A stretch of DNA of 64,000 nucleotides from Calditrichales bacterium (lineage in GTDB: Bacteria > Calditrichota > Calditrichia > Calditrichales > J004), in the NCBI GenBank assembly GCA_965267575.1, contig OZ254086.1, positions 928,001-992,000 on the forward strand. The letters are read 5' to 3'. Numbering within the stretch: position 1 is the first letter of the stretch; the number at the start of each line of letters is the position of its first letter. The translations under genes and the position numbers were made by a program. The notes beneath the pieces were generated by a model. It was not told where the DNA came from, did no database searches, and worked only from the letters and a program-made list of their open reading frames with translations. Positions 50,601 through 58,070 of this stretch are shown here, piece by piece.

Positions 50601-51166
50601 AAGCGGCCGTTCCATTCACCGGGCCATTTGGTGTTGGTGCCCTGTGCCGGCCAGCCCATGGTCGGCCAGCTTTGCGGCAGGTTGCTCATGGCCGGGTACT
50701 CGCTGGCTTCATTGAAGTAGCCAAATACGGGGTAGAGTCCCCATTCCACCAGACCGAGCGGATCGGTATCCATTTCTTCACGGTAGCTGGTCTGCAGGAA
50801 GTAGAGCGTATCCAGGCCGGGCGTGCTCATAATGTCAACGGGATCGGTTACCGGAACGGTGTCGTTTTCAACATAAACCCGGGCACCGATCAGCAGGCCC
50901 ACACCATCAAGCATGCGCACGCCGTCGTCATTGTTGGGCCAGCGCGACCACAGGGGCGGGCCAACGCCATCTACCCACTTGGACAGCTCGGTTGTATTCT
51001 GAAAATAGAGGAACACGCGGTTACCCGTCATGTAGCCTTCACGCTCGGCGGCTTTATCGCCGGCGGGGTCATCCGGCCCTTCGTATCGCTGGCCCTGGGC
51101 CAGAAGGGTGGAACCTGCGCCGAAGAGCAGCGCCAACAGTAAAATTATCCTAATCTTGCACATCAT
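47672..51166 (-). CDS. Large secreted protein with Ca-binding DxDxDG motifs, Fn3-like region and variant CTD
   Basis: Signal peptide; DIDNDQDG, DLNGDG; FEGYKVYR..YYYALVAYD; VVPNPY..FTNLP..IFTVSG..GIYLYHV..GKFAVVK. Confidence 0.75.
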   Translation of the reverse strand: MMCKIRIILLLALLFGAGSTLLAQGQRYEGPDDPAGDKAAEREGYMTGNRVFLYFQNTTELSKWVDGVGPPLWSRWPNNDDGVRMLDGVGLLIGARVYVENDTVPVTDPVDIMSTPGLDTLYFLQTSYREEMDTDPLGLVEWGLYPVFGYFNEASEYPAMSNLPQSWPTMGWPAQGTNTKWPGEWNGRFGRGIIYADLETYFVANDANDQEYLGPEDRAKYYPRPGVFIGDKLTNSIEQQNGLPWGGIGVRVSQRGFQWNNPQARDAIFWEYSIANISDYDLPEVAFGYWVDNGIGGEADDELGFFDRQIDMAYSWDVDGTGRGGLNTGVMGFAYLESPGIPYDDIDNDQDGLLNEQRDNVATALVGPTEGIDDLDKFLAFYNLKLEDLREHWDADEDQDWDDGNDLNGDGIYQSNEFPGDDVGLDGVGPLELNYTGPDADGTEGNHRPDYVQGIGAEPDFAATDVSESDMVGLTSFRLFPVPSHSSSYRWFRGDRSMWELIGQDSTLEFLGNISNLIETFASGPFPLFQGREERISMSELHAYDELSGLNSDAHTAPALYEQKRIVQVIYESDYRFAQPPRMPTLTATAADGKVILTWDDIADKRTRDPFVGNINDFEGYKVYRATDKRFSDAEVITDGFGTPFIKKPIFQCDLKNGRVGFTDYGLVNGVGYNLGFDSGIVHHFIDENVENGRTYYYALVAYDYGAPDIGPGIAPSENTIIVDLNEQDQVRAIGQNVAIVVPRPNASGYVPPTVDDVEMEGLIGSGYVDAQILANNSLKPNHTYMVKFGIDTIDALSSVPNALIYTTNSLHVYDVTSSSELVYEDVPTSFAFNNITLVEEVEPGTTDTLRYATLRVADTISTDVFDGMRLNVYQPRERAAFDAQNSGWLVGDNPRLNISPAAQEIRYYPWDFDIVFTNDDSAYVSQSSRRNLRDENNETVSRDFLLFQLPFNFYVQNSTFMDTTGSFEKMEMVVHDLNLNGTFEILEDRILVGPLDNRGRFATTAFALDFQSFADSASLPQPGDVFSVKFQRPFWHTDSVSFKVNPEGELNTRLISSSMDDIRVVPNPYVVTNAFEEAVVNKFLNQPRRLMFTNLPAQCTIKIFTVSGVLIDEIEVNNPNDNGIIHWDMLTSEGLEIAAGIYLYHVKAERTGDTKLGKFAVVK

Positions 51167-51182
51167 ATGTCTTTCAACCCTT

Positions 51183-53897
51183 TTAGAATGTTAGGCCAAC
51201 GCCAAATTTCACGTAACGCGGCGCTGAATATTGCGATGGGTTTTGTATCCTGTCATAATATGTATTGAAATCTTCCTTGTGCGATGCCAGCTCCGAAGGC
51301 TCAACTACATCGGTATAGGCACGTCCGGATTGGCCATTCACTGCTACTTCGTTCAACGCATCCAGCAGATTGAAAACACTCAGGTCAAACTGCAGGCCAA
51401 ATCTCTGAGATAGGCGCATCTTGTAGAAAGCCGTCATGTCCAGGCTTACCTGAGTCGGGCGGTAATCGTTGTTCGGAGGCAGGTTAAGGTCGGCAAGCGT
51501 GCTCACACCCAGCGGAGACCAGGTATACGGAGCGCCGCTATTGTAATAACCCGTAAATGTAAGGCCCCACTGCGGCTTGTAGTAGCCAACCGTGGCGTTA
51601 AGCGTATGGCGCTGATCCCAGCTCATTACAATCAGCTTGTTTACAGGGTCTATATTGCTGCCGGCACGGCTGAAGGTCTGCGTCGGGTTATCGGCGTTGC
51701 CCCGTGTGTATTGCAGCGTGTAGTTTAGAAACGCGGCCCACTCTCCGAGGCGGTAATCCACTTTTACTTCAAGTCCTTTTGCGTTGCCGTAATCTTTGTT
51801 TGTATACAGACCGTATTCCACCTGGTTGTATGTGGTTACCACTTTCGCGCTCAGCAAATTATAGATGTCGCGGTAAAACAGGGCCAGTTCCAGGCCAAAT
51901 CCGTCGAACAGTTCCTGCCACAATCCCATTTCATATTGGACTGTTTTCTGGGCTTTTATCTCAGCGTTGCCCATGGTCGTGGCAAAGTCGCTGGGAGAAA
52001 CCAGGAAATTACTGTTCTGGTAGAGCGCGTAAAGCGGCGGCATCTGGAAAAAGTGACCATAGCTAAAGCGCAAAACCGCTTTGTCGCCAAGCTGGTAGGC
52101 CAGACCCAAACGGGGGCTTACCTGGATTTTCTTTTCAGCCTTGGGATAACTGGAAGTCTGGTTTAAGGAATCAGCAAACTCCAGCTGGTTGCCGGGGTTG
52201 CGGCGATCCGAAGGATAGACCGTATTGGGATCAAAATAGTCCAGACGCAGACCCAGGTTGATCACCATATCCTGGTATTCCATTTTATCCTGGATATAGG
52301 CAGCCACTTCGATTGGCTCCACCGTATAGGCATCCGTAAAACTGGATGTCGGCGGCAGGATTTCGGGGATATATTCGGCCGTTCCGTCAATCAGGTTTGC
52401 CCGCAGATCTTCGCCGTCCTGAACGGCAAACAGTTCATTGCGGATGGCGCTTTCCCTGTTATCCAGGCGGTGAAAGATATAATGAAAACCGGTCTTGATA
52501 GCATGTTTGTTGTTAATCTGCCAGGTCAGGTCAAGTTTGGCATTGTAATCTTCAAGCGTGCGCTCGTTATGGGTTTTTACCTGGCCGCCCGTAAAAAAGC
52601 CCACATCTTCCGTACTACGCAAATAACCATCATGAACATAGCGCGCATCAAGCGGATTGTCGAACAGGTAATAACCATTAAAATTATTCACGTAGGATAC
52701 ATTAAACTGGTAAAAAGCTGATAAGCCTAGAGACTGGTTAAGCTGCATGGAATACATATCCGTCTCACGGAAAGCCGTTGGCAGTCCGTCCGGGTTATAT
52801 TTAAAGCTATGATCGTATCCGTTCCACTCATCGTCATTGCGGGTATAAAGCAGGGAGACTTTCATCTCGTCGCTAAACTTATAGGTCAATTTGCCCAACA
52901 GAGATGTGTTGAGCGAATTGTTCATGGGGACAAAACTGTTATCACCTGTATGCTGCGTCAGCCAGGTTCCTTCCGGGCCGGAATAGTCACTGTAATCATC
53001 CACGTTAAAACGGCGGATTCCGTTCAGGTGGTTTTTGTTGTCCTGGAAACGGGCATTGGTAAAAAAGTAGAGTTTACCGGGAAGCAGCGAGCCACTCAGG
53101 TTAACTTTGTAATCCTGGTTTCGCAGCATGTCCACTTCACCCAGCCCAATAAAAATATCGTCGTTTGAGGTCAGATAGGTTCCGGAATTCACCGATACCG
53201 ATCCGCTGAGCTTGTCTCCGCCATCCTTGACTACGGCATTTACAACACCGCTCATGGCGCGTCCGTATTCGGCGTTAAACGTACCGGTTATAACTTCAAG
53301 GTCGCTAATCGACTCCGGCTCCAGGTCTACCGTCGAACCTTCGCCGCCAAACAGTTCATCCACCGGCAACCCGTCAACCATATAGGAAACTTCATTGCTC
53401 CGGCCGCCGCGGAAGTGGCCGTTTACAACACCGGCCTGCATCGAAATAACCGCGCCAACATTCTCAACCGGCAGAATATCGATCTGGTCGGAGCTGATAG
53501 CGCGCATAGAACTGGTCTGATCTTTCTTGGTAGCAATCTTGCTGGCCTGAACCGTAATTACCTCGCCTTCAAGCACCTCGCTGTCCAGCGTTATTTCAAG
53601 ATAGGCCGTGCGGTTTACGGAAACGCGTACATCTTCGACTTTAACTGTTTTATAGCCCAGCATTTCTACGGACAACTCGTAGGTTCCGGGCGCTACGTTC
53701 AGAATAAAAAAGCTGCCATCAAGGCCAACGGAAGCGCCCAAAGACGTACCGGTTACCAGCACGTTGGCGCCCGGCAGGGGTTCTCCGCTTTGCGCATCGA
53801 ATACCGTTCCGGCAATCTTGCCTGTTGTCTGGGCAAAGGCACTGCCAGCTGCGCATGTAATTAGAATTATAAATGTGAGTAAAATTTTTCGTTTCAT
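51183..53897 (-). CDS. TonB-dependent receptor with N-terminal carboxypeptidase-regulatory-like domain
   Basis: GKIAGTV..GEPLPGANV; RGGRSNEVSYMVDG, GTFNAEYG; SPRLG; PRYVKFGVGLTF; likely start MKRKIL at 53897. Confidence 0.92.
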   Translation of the reverse strand: MKRKILLTFIILITCAAGSAFAQTTGKIAGTVFDAQSGEPLPGANVLVTGTSLGASVGLDGSFFILNVAPGTYELSVEMLGYKTVKVEDVRVSVNRTAYLEITLDSEVLEGEVITVQASKIATKKDQTSSMRAISSDQIDILPVENVGAVISMQAGVVNGHFRGGRSNEVSYMVDGLPVDELFGGEGSTVDLEPESISDLEVITGTFNAEYGRAMSGVVNAVVKDGGDKLSGSVSVNSGTYLTSNDDIFIGLGEVDMLRNQDYKVNLSGSLLPGKLYFFTNARFQDNKNHLNGIRRFNVDDYSDYSGPEGTWLTQHTGDNSFVPMNNSLNTSLLGKLTYKFSDEMKVSLLYTRNDDEWNGYDHSFKYNPDGLPTAFRETDMYSMQLNQSLGLSAFYQFNVSYVNNFNGYYLFDNPLDARYVHDGYLRSTEDVGFFTGGQVKTHNERTLEDYNAKLDLTWQINNKHAIKTGFHYIFHRLDNRESAIRNELFAVQDGEDLRANLIDGTAEYIPEILPPTSSFTDAYTVEPIEVAAYIQDKMEYQDMVINLGLRLDYFDPNTVYPSDRRNPGNQLEFADSLNQTSSYPKAEKKIQVSPRLGLAYQLGDKAVLRFSYGHFFQMPPLYALYQNSNFLVSPSDFATTMGNAEIKAQKTVQYEMGLWQELFDGFGLELALFYRDIYNLLSAKVVTTYNQVEYGLYTNKDYGNAKGLEVKVDYRLGEWAAFLNYTLQYTRGNADNPTQTFSRAGSNIDPVNKLIVMSWDQRHTLNATVGYYKPQWGLTFTGYYNSGAPYTWSPLGVSTLADLNLPPNNDYRPTQVSLDMTAFYKMRLSQRFGLQFDLSVFNLLDALNEVAVNGQSGRAYTDVVEPSELASHKEDFNTYYDRIQNPSQYSAPRYVKFGVGLTF

Positions 53898-53921
53898 ACC
53901 GGAAATCCTTTTGGCCACATT

Positions 53922-53953
53922 AAAAAATGGGAGAGTCCCGAAGGACCCTCCCA
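53922..53953 (-). terminator. Intrinsic terminator-like hairpin between the CBM gene and the TonB receptor gene
   Basis: Minus strand TGGGAGGGTCC-TTCG-GGACTCTCCCA-TTTTTT. Confidence 0.8.
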
Positions 53954-53969
53954 GATATTACGTTCGCTT

Positions 53970-56477
53970 TTATTTAACCAATAGCATTTTACGTGTCTGT
54001 ACAAAATCAGCCGCTTCAATGATGTAGAAATATACACCGGAAGAGAGGCCTGTACCATCTACTTTAACGAAATGCGTACCGGCGGTATGGTTACCACTTA
54101 CCAATGTACGGATTTTCTGACCGACAACATTGTAAAGCGTAATGGTAGCTTTGCCTGCTTTAGGCAGAGCGTATTCAATGGTTGTCGTCGGGTTGAACGG
54201 GTTGGGATAGTTTTGTCCCAGGTTGTATTCACGTACAACCGCGATTTCTTTATCACCGATAGCGCTTACAACAGCATTGGTATCACCGATCCAGGTGTAG
54301 AACCAGTTCTGGACACCCTGCCAGCTGTTGTCAAAGTTATTCGGCGAATAGGAAAGAATACCATCGCGCACGTTAGCCTGATCCGAGTCATGGAAAACCA
54401 GATCCAGCGGAATGCGCATACCACGCTTGGGCTCAAACAGAGCATCGTCGGAAGCGTTGCCGGTTGGCAATTCAGCCAACGGAATCATTACTTCAACGGC
54501 AAAGTCGGAAGCGCCAAAATCAACAAATTCGTAGTTGGCGTCGTCATTTGTGTAATAGAGGCTGGCGTCGCTGTTTTGTGTATGCTCAAAACCATCCGGA
54601 CGCAGAACGAACTTATAATCCGGCTCTTCGCCGCGCTTGAAGCCGTTATGCACAACCGTTTGGTTATAGAGACCCATGTAAACTTCGATAACATCATCTT
54701 CCCAGAAATTACCGGCAGGATCATAGCTGAAAACATCATCAAGAACATCAAATGCCATGTAGAGATTTTCACTGTCGATTGCCAGGTAGGCAGTGGAAGA
54801 ATAGTCATCATCATCATCAAAGTTGCCCAAAGCGATGTGGCTTTGAGAAGGTGAAAACTCAAAAGGACGAATATCGCTGTTAAACCATTCATCCAGGTTA
54901 CCGTCTGCGGCAAAACCGGCAGGGGCGGCCTGGGCGATCGTCGCAACGCCTTCAGCCGTATTAACCGTAGCAGATGCGGAAGCACCCACAGAACTGGTGT
55001 TACCGGCGGCGTCTGTACAGGTTACCGCATAGTAATAGGAAACTTCCGTGTCTTCCAACGGATAGATGAGGCGATGAATCGCGCTCTGCTCGCCTTCAAC
55101 AACACCCGTTGCCAAAACTTCAACGCCCGGGGCGTCTACGTCGGTAATCGGTTCGGTGCTGGCGTAAACATTATAAAATTCGCCTTGTTCACCGGGTACA
55201 TCCTGCCAGATAACCAGGTTGAAATAGCTGGATGTATTGGGCGCGCCGCTTACACCGGTCGGAGCAGCGGGAGCAACCACGTCGATATCCGGGTTACCTG
55301 TCCAGAAATCATCAAAATAGATCGTACGGCCGGCCATACCATTACCTTCAGACAAAAACTGCAAAACAGTAATAGCAGAAGTATCGAGATCAGCAGTACC
55401 GTCAACATAAGCGAAATCTTTTAATGCGAGAGCGTATTCATGCCACTCACCATCATCAGCAACCACATCAACCGGGTGGCCCACTTTACCTGCGCCGCCT
55501 TCAATTTGCATACGGATGGTCGGTGTACCAACATCAGCCTTCATCTTGAACTTCAGAGAATCGGTCATCCAGTCACGGGCCAGATCTGTAGCAGGCAGGT
55601 TCCATCCGGCACCAGTCCAGCCGCCGCATCCGCCGTCACCCTGAATCCACTTCAGCCCGTTTTTGCCTTCGGAGGAGCCGGCACCTTCTTCAACGCTTAA
55701 CTGCGATTCACACCAGGTGAACTGCTCATGGGCACCCGGAACGCTGTTTCCGTTAAACAGAACCAGGCTTTTGCCCAGATAGCCTTTGAGCGTCATGTTA
55801 TCAAGAATAACGGAACCCTGGGAAATGTCGCCTTCACCGGAACCATTGATCGAGAATTCAAAAGCAAACTGACGGATTTTATCTGTATCCAGCTTGTCGT
55901 TACCTTCAATACCGGCCCAGCCTGTACGGTTGAACGCTTCACCGCCCCACTCATCCAGATCGGGATTGCCACGGCCGTCTTCCAGCTTGATCTTGATCTC
56001 ATTCCAGCCCGGCTCATTATCCAGGATGTAATGGAAGCTGTAGTAAAACTCCATGTTGTTGGAGTTGGTCGACGTATCCGGTGCGTTACTGGCATCACTC
56101 AGGTTGATGCGCAGATGAACGCGGCCTGCCAGGTCTTGCTTTACATCATTATAATACCAGATGCTCAGCGTATCGAAAGCCGACCAGTCATAAAATCCCG
56201 CACTGTCCGGGTTGGTATGCTCAAGCTTTACAAAGCCGCCATAACCTTCAATGTTATGCACTTTGTAATCCAGGCGTATGGCGCCGGAACCGTCCTGAAC
56301 AACTTCTGTCTCCAGCGGGTACCCAATATTACTCGTCGAATCCGACGAGGATGGTGAGCGGACTATGGAGAAATAGGTCGAATCCAGCTGCGTATCAAAC
56401 GACTGGATCACGTCCTGCGCCCACAGCCCCAGCGGGAACAGAAGCACCATAAATAGGAACACGTAAGTCTTCTTCAT
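53970..56477 (-). CDS. Non-catalytic multi-CBM protein (galactose-binding-like x2, Fn3, CBM9-like, T9SS-type CTD)
   Basis: DWSAFDTLSIW, WHEYALALKDF, YYYAVT, DGNLDEW..LYMAFDVLDD..VEVMIPL; QNYPNPFNP; AGGAGG RBS. Confidence 0.75.
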   Translation of the reverse strand: MKKTYVFLFMVLLFPLGLWAQDVIQSFDTQLDSTYFSIVRSPSSSDSTSNIGYPLETEVVQDGSGAIRLDYKVHNIEGYGGFVKLEHTNPDSAGFYDWSAFDTLSIWYYNDVKQDLAGRVHLRINLSDASNAPDTSTNSNNMEFYYSFHYILDNEPGWNEIKIKLEDGRGNPDLDEWGGEAFNRTGWAGIEGNDKLDTDKIRQFAFEFSINGSGEGDISQGSVILDNMTLKGYLGKSLVLFNGNSVPGAHEQFTWCESQLSVEEGAGSSEGKNGLKWIQGDGGCGGWTGAGWNLPATDLARDWMTDSLKFKMKADVGTPTIRMQIEGGAGKVGHPVDVVADDGEWHEYALALKDFAYVDGTADLDTSAITVLQFLSEGNGMAGRTIYFDDFWTGNPDIDVVAPAAPTGVSGAPNTSSYFNLVIWQDVPGEQGEFYNVYASTEPITDVDAPGVEVLATGVVEGEQSAIHRLIYPLEDTEVSYYYAVTCTDAAGNTSSVGASASATVNTAEGVATIAQAAPAGFAADGNLDEWFNSDIRPFEFSPSQSHIALGNFDDDDDYSSTAYLAIDSENLYMAFDVLDDVFSYDPAGNFWEDDVIEVYMGLYNQTVVHNGFKRGEEPDYKFVLRPDGFEHTQNSDASLYYTNDDANYEFVDFGASDFAVEVMIPLAELPTGNASDDALFEPKRGMRIPLDLVFHDSDQANVRDGILSYSPNNFDNSWQGVQNWFYTWIGDTNAVVSAIGDKEIAVVREYNLGQNYPNPFNPTTTIEYALPKAGKATITLYNVVGQKIRTLVSGNHTAGTHFVKVDGTGLSSGVYFYIIEAADFVQTRKMLLVK

Positions 56478-57901
56478 AAAGACCTCCTGATTTTGTTAGA
56501 GTTGGGTGAATTGTGTGAGAGATTGTTTTTATGCTTGCCACGCCCAAAAGGCATAGCGGATCGTAAAAAAGGTTGCTCAAAAATGTGGCCGCTTTTATGG
56601 CCGGCCAGCCACAATACGACAAAAGCGAGCGCCAGAAAGGCGGCGGAAAAGACGGTCAGAAAAACATTACCTGCTTGTGAGGTAAAAGCCCAGACCATTA
56701 AAACAGCGGCCGGAACGGTAACGGCAAAAAGCAGCCAGCTTAAGCGCCCCGGTGTGCGCCCGCTGAGCAGAGCAAAAAGTATTAACGCCAGCAAAGCAGG
56801 AACAATGAAGATGGTTATAACGGCGACCGTATCAAACAGATTGAAAGCAAAAGAAAGTGTAGTGGGCACCAATACGATAACCAGCGGTACAGAGACGATC
56901 GAAAACAGCCTGGCGGCCAAAACGCGCTTGCGCCCCACCGGCGCCTCGATTATCCGCGGCAAAATATCATAACTGAAAAGCGTCGCCGATGAGAACAACA
57001 GAGATGCCAGTGCCGACAGCAGCATGAGCGCCAGGGCTAGGTAGCCCACGAAACCGGCGGCTCCCGCTTCACTGGCAACAAAGGGGCGCGAAAGTGCCGG
57101 GGTGCTGGCCGTCAGCAAAACGGCGATCAACGTAAATGCCAGCGCTGCTGCCCAAAGTGCTTTGCGCGCGGCGGCAATACTGCCGGTGGCAAAAAGGCGC
57201 TGCAACTGATTCTGGTCCCCCAGCCAAAGCCAGGCCACCACAAAAACGAGCGCGAAAAACGGCAGACTGAAAAATCCGCCCTCCATCGGAAACGCATGCT
57301 TGGTTCCGGTAAGTACAAACCCGGTAAGCAGCAGCAGCATAAAAACCGTATGAACGGCACCGCTGAATACAATCGCCCTGAGCCCGCCGATGATGGCAAA
57401 AAGTCCGGCAAATATCAATATGACATAAGCGCCCAGGTAGGGGTTCCAGCCCAGCATTTTTTGCAGCAACGTACCTGCGGCAAAAAGCAAAAGCAAAATA
57501 CGCAAAAGGTTAAAAAGCATCAGTCCGGCAGCATACCACAGTGCTATGCCGACATTAAAACGGCGGCGAATGAATTCGGAAATTGAACGCAGGGAATCAC
57601 TCATATAAGCAGGGATAAAGAAAACACCGAGGAGAAGCAGCGCCGGCAAAATAAGCAGGTCTGCATAAAAGGCGTTGCCCCAGCCTTTATCCAGCCCGAT
57701 ATACTCCATGATATGCCAGGCCGAGATATAAGCTGCCGGTAATGATAAACCGCTCAGCCAGGGAGAGAGCCTGAAGCCTGCCATGAAATACTCACGGCTG
57801 CTCTCATCATTATGACGACGCGCCATATACAGACTTGCCAGCAAGCTAAGGCCGGCAGCCAGAAAAAAGATGACTGATTCAAAGCTTAAATTCAGAGTCA
57901 C
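56474..57901 (-). CDS. Divergent SLC5/SSS-family membrane protein
   Basis: EYFMAG, SEFIRRRF, GGLRAIV, DQNQLQR, SSATLF; substrate-site motifs altered. Confidence 0.75.
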   Translation of the reverse strand: MTLNLSFESVIFFLAAGLSLLASLYMARRHNDESSREYFMAGFRLSPWLSGLSLPAAYISAWHIMEYIGLDKGWGNAFYADLLILPALLLLGVFFIPAYMSDSLRSISEFIRRRFNVGIALWYAAGLMLFNLLRILLLLFAAGTLLQKMLGWNPYLGAYVILIFAGLFAIIGGLRAIVFSGAVHTVFMLLLLTGFVLTGTKHAFPMEGGFFSLPFFALVFVVAWLWLGDQNQLQRLFATGSIAAARKALWAAALAFTLIAVLLTASTPALSRPFVASEAGAAGFVGYLALALMLLSALASLLFSSATLFSYDILPRIIEAPVGRKRVLAARLFSIVSVPLVIVLVPTTLSFAFNLFDTVAVITIFIVPALLALILFALLSGRTPGRLSWLLFAVTVPAAVLMVWAFTSQAGNVFLTVFSAAFLALAFVVLWLAGHKSGHIFEQPFLRSAMPFGRGKHKNNLSHNSPNSNKIRRSL

Positions 57902-57940
57902 AAATTATCCACGGTAATAAAAGTTGAAACTACTCTTATG

Positions 57941-57955
57941 ACATAAAGCGTGCCA
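57941..57955 (-). promoter_or_regulatory. Sigma54 -24/-12 promoter (variant -12)
   Basis: TGGCACG-CTTT-ATGT, 40 bp upstream of the 57901 start. Confidence 0.7.
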
Positions 57956-58033
57956 AGACCGCCCGGCAAGACCTAAAGTCTTTAAATACAGTGGTTTGCG
58001 ACATGGCGGATGGGAAGAGGTAATTTCGGCGAG

Positions 58034-58069
58034 TTATCATTTTGATAAGGCGACTTATTAAATTGATAA
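58034..58069. promoter_or_regulatory. Tandem palindromic enhancer (UAS) TTATCA-N3-TGATAA x2
   Basis: TTATCATTTTGATAA (58034) and TTATTAAATTGATAA (58055), 21 bp apart. Confidence 0.75.
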
Positions 58070-58070
58070 A

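Noticed and set aside
49826-51142. 438-aa plus-strand ORF (likewise 31807-32760, 60230-61255 and others)
   Set aside because: Antisense to well-supported genes; expected from codon bias.
57970-58000. IHF site between UAS and sigma54 promoter
   Set aside because: Position is plausible but the match to WATCAA-N4-TTR is too weak to call.
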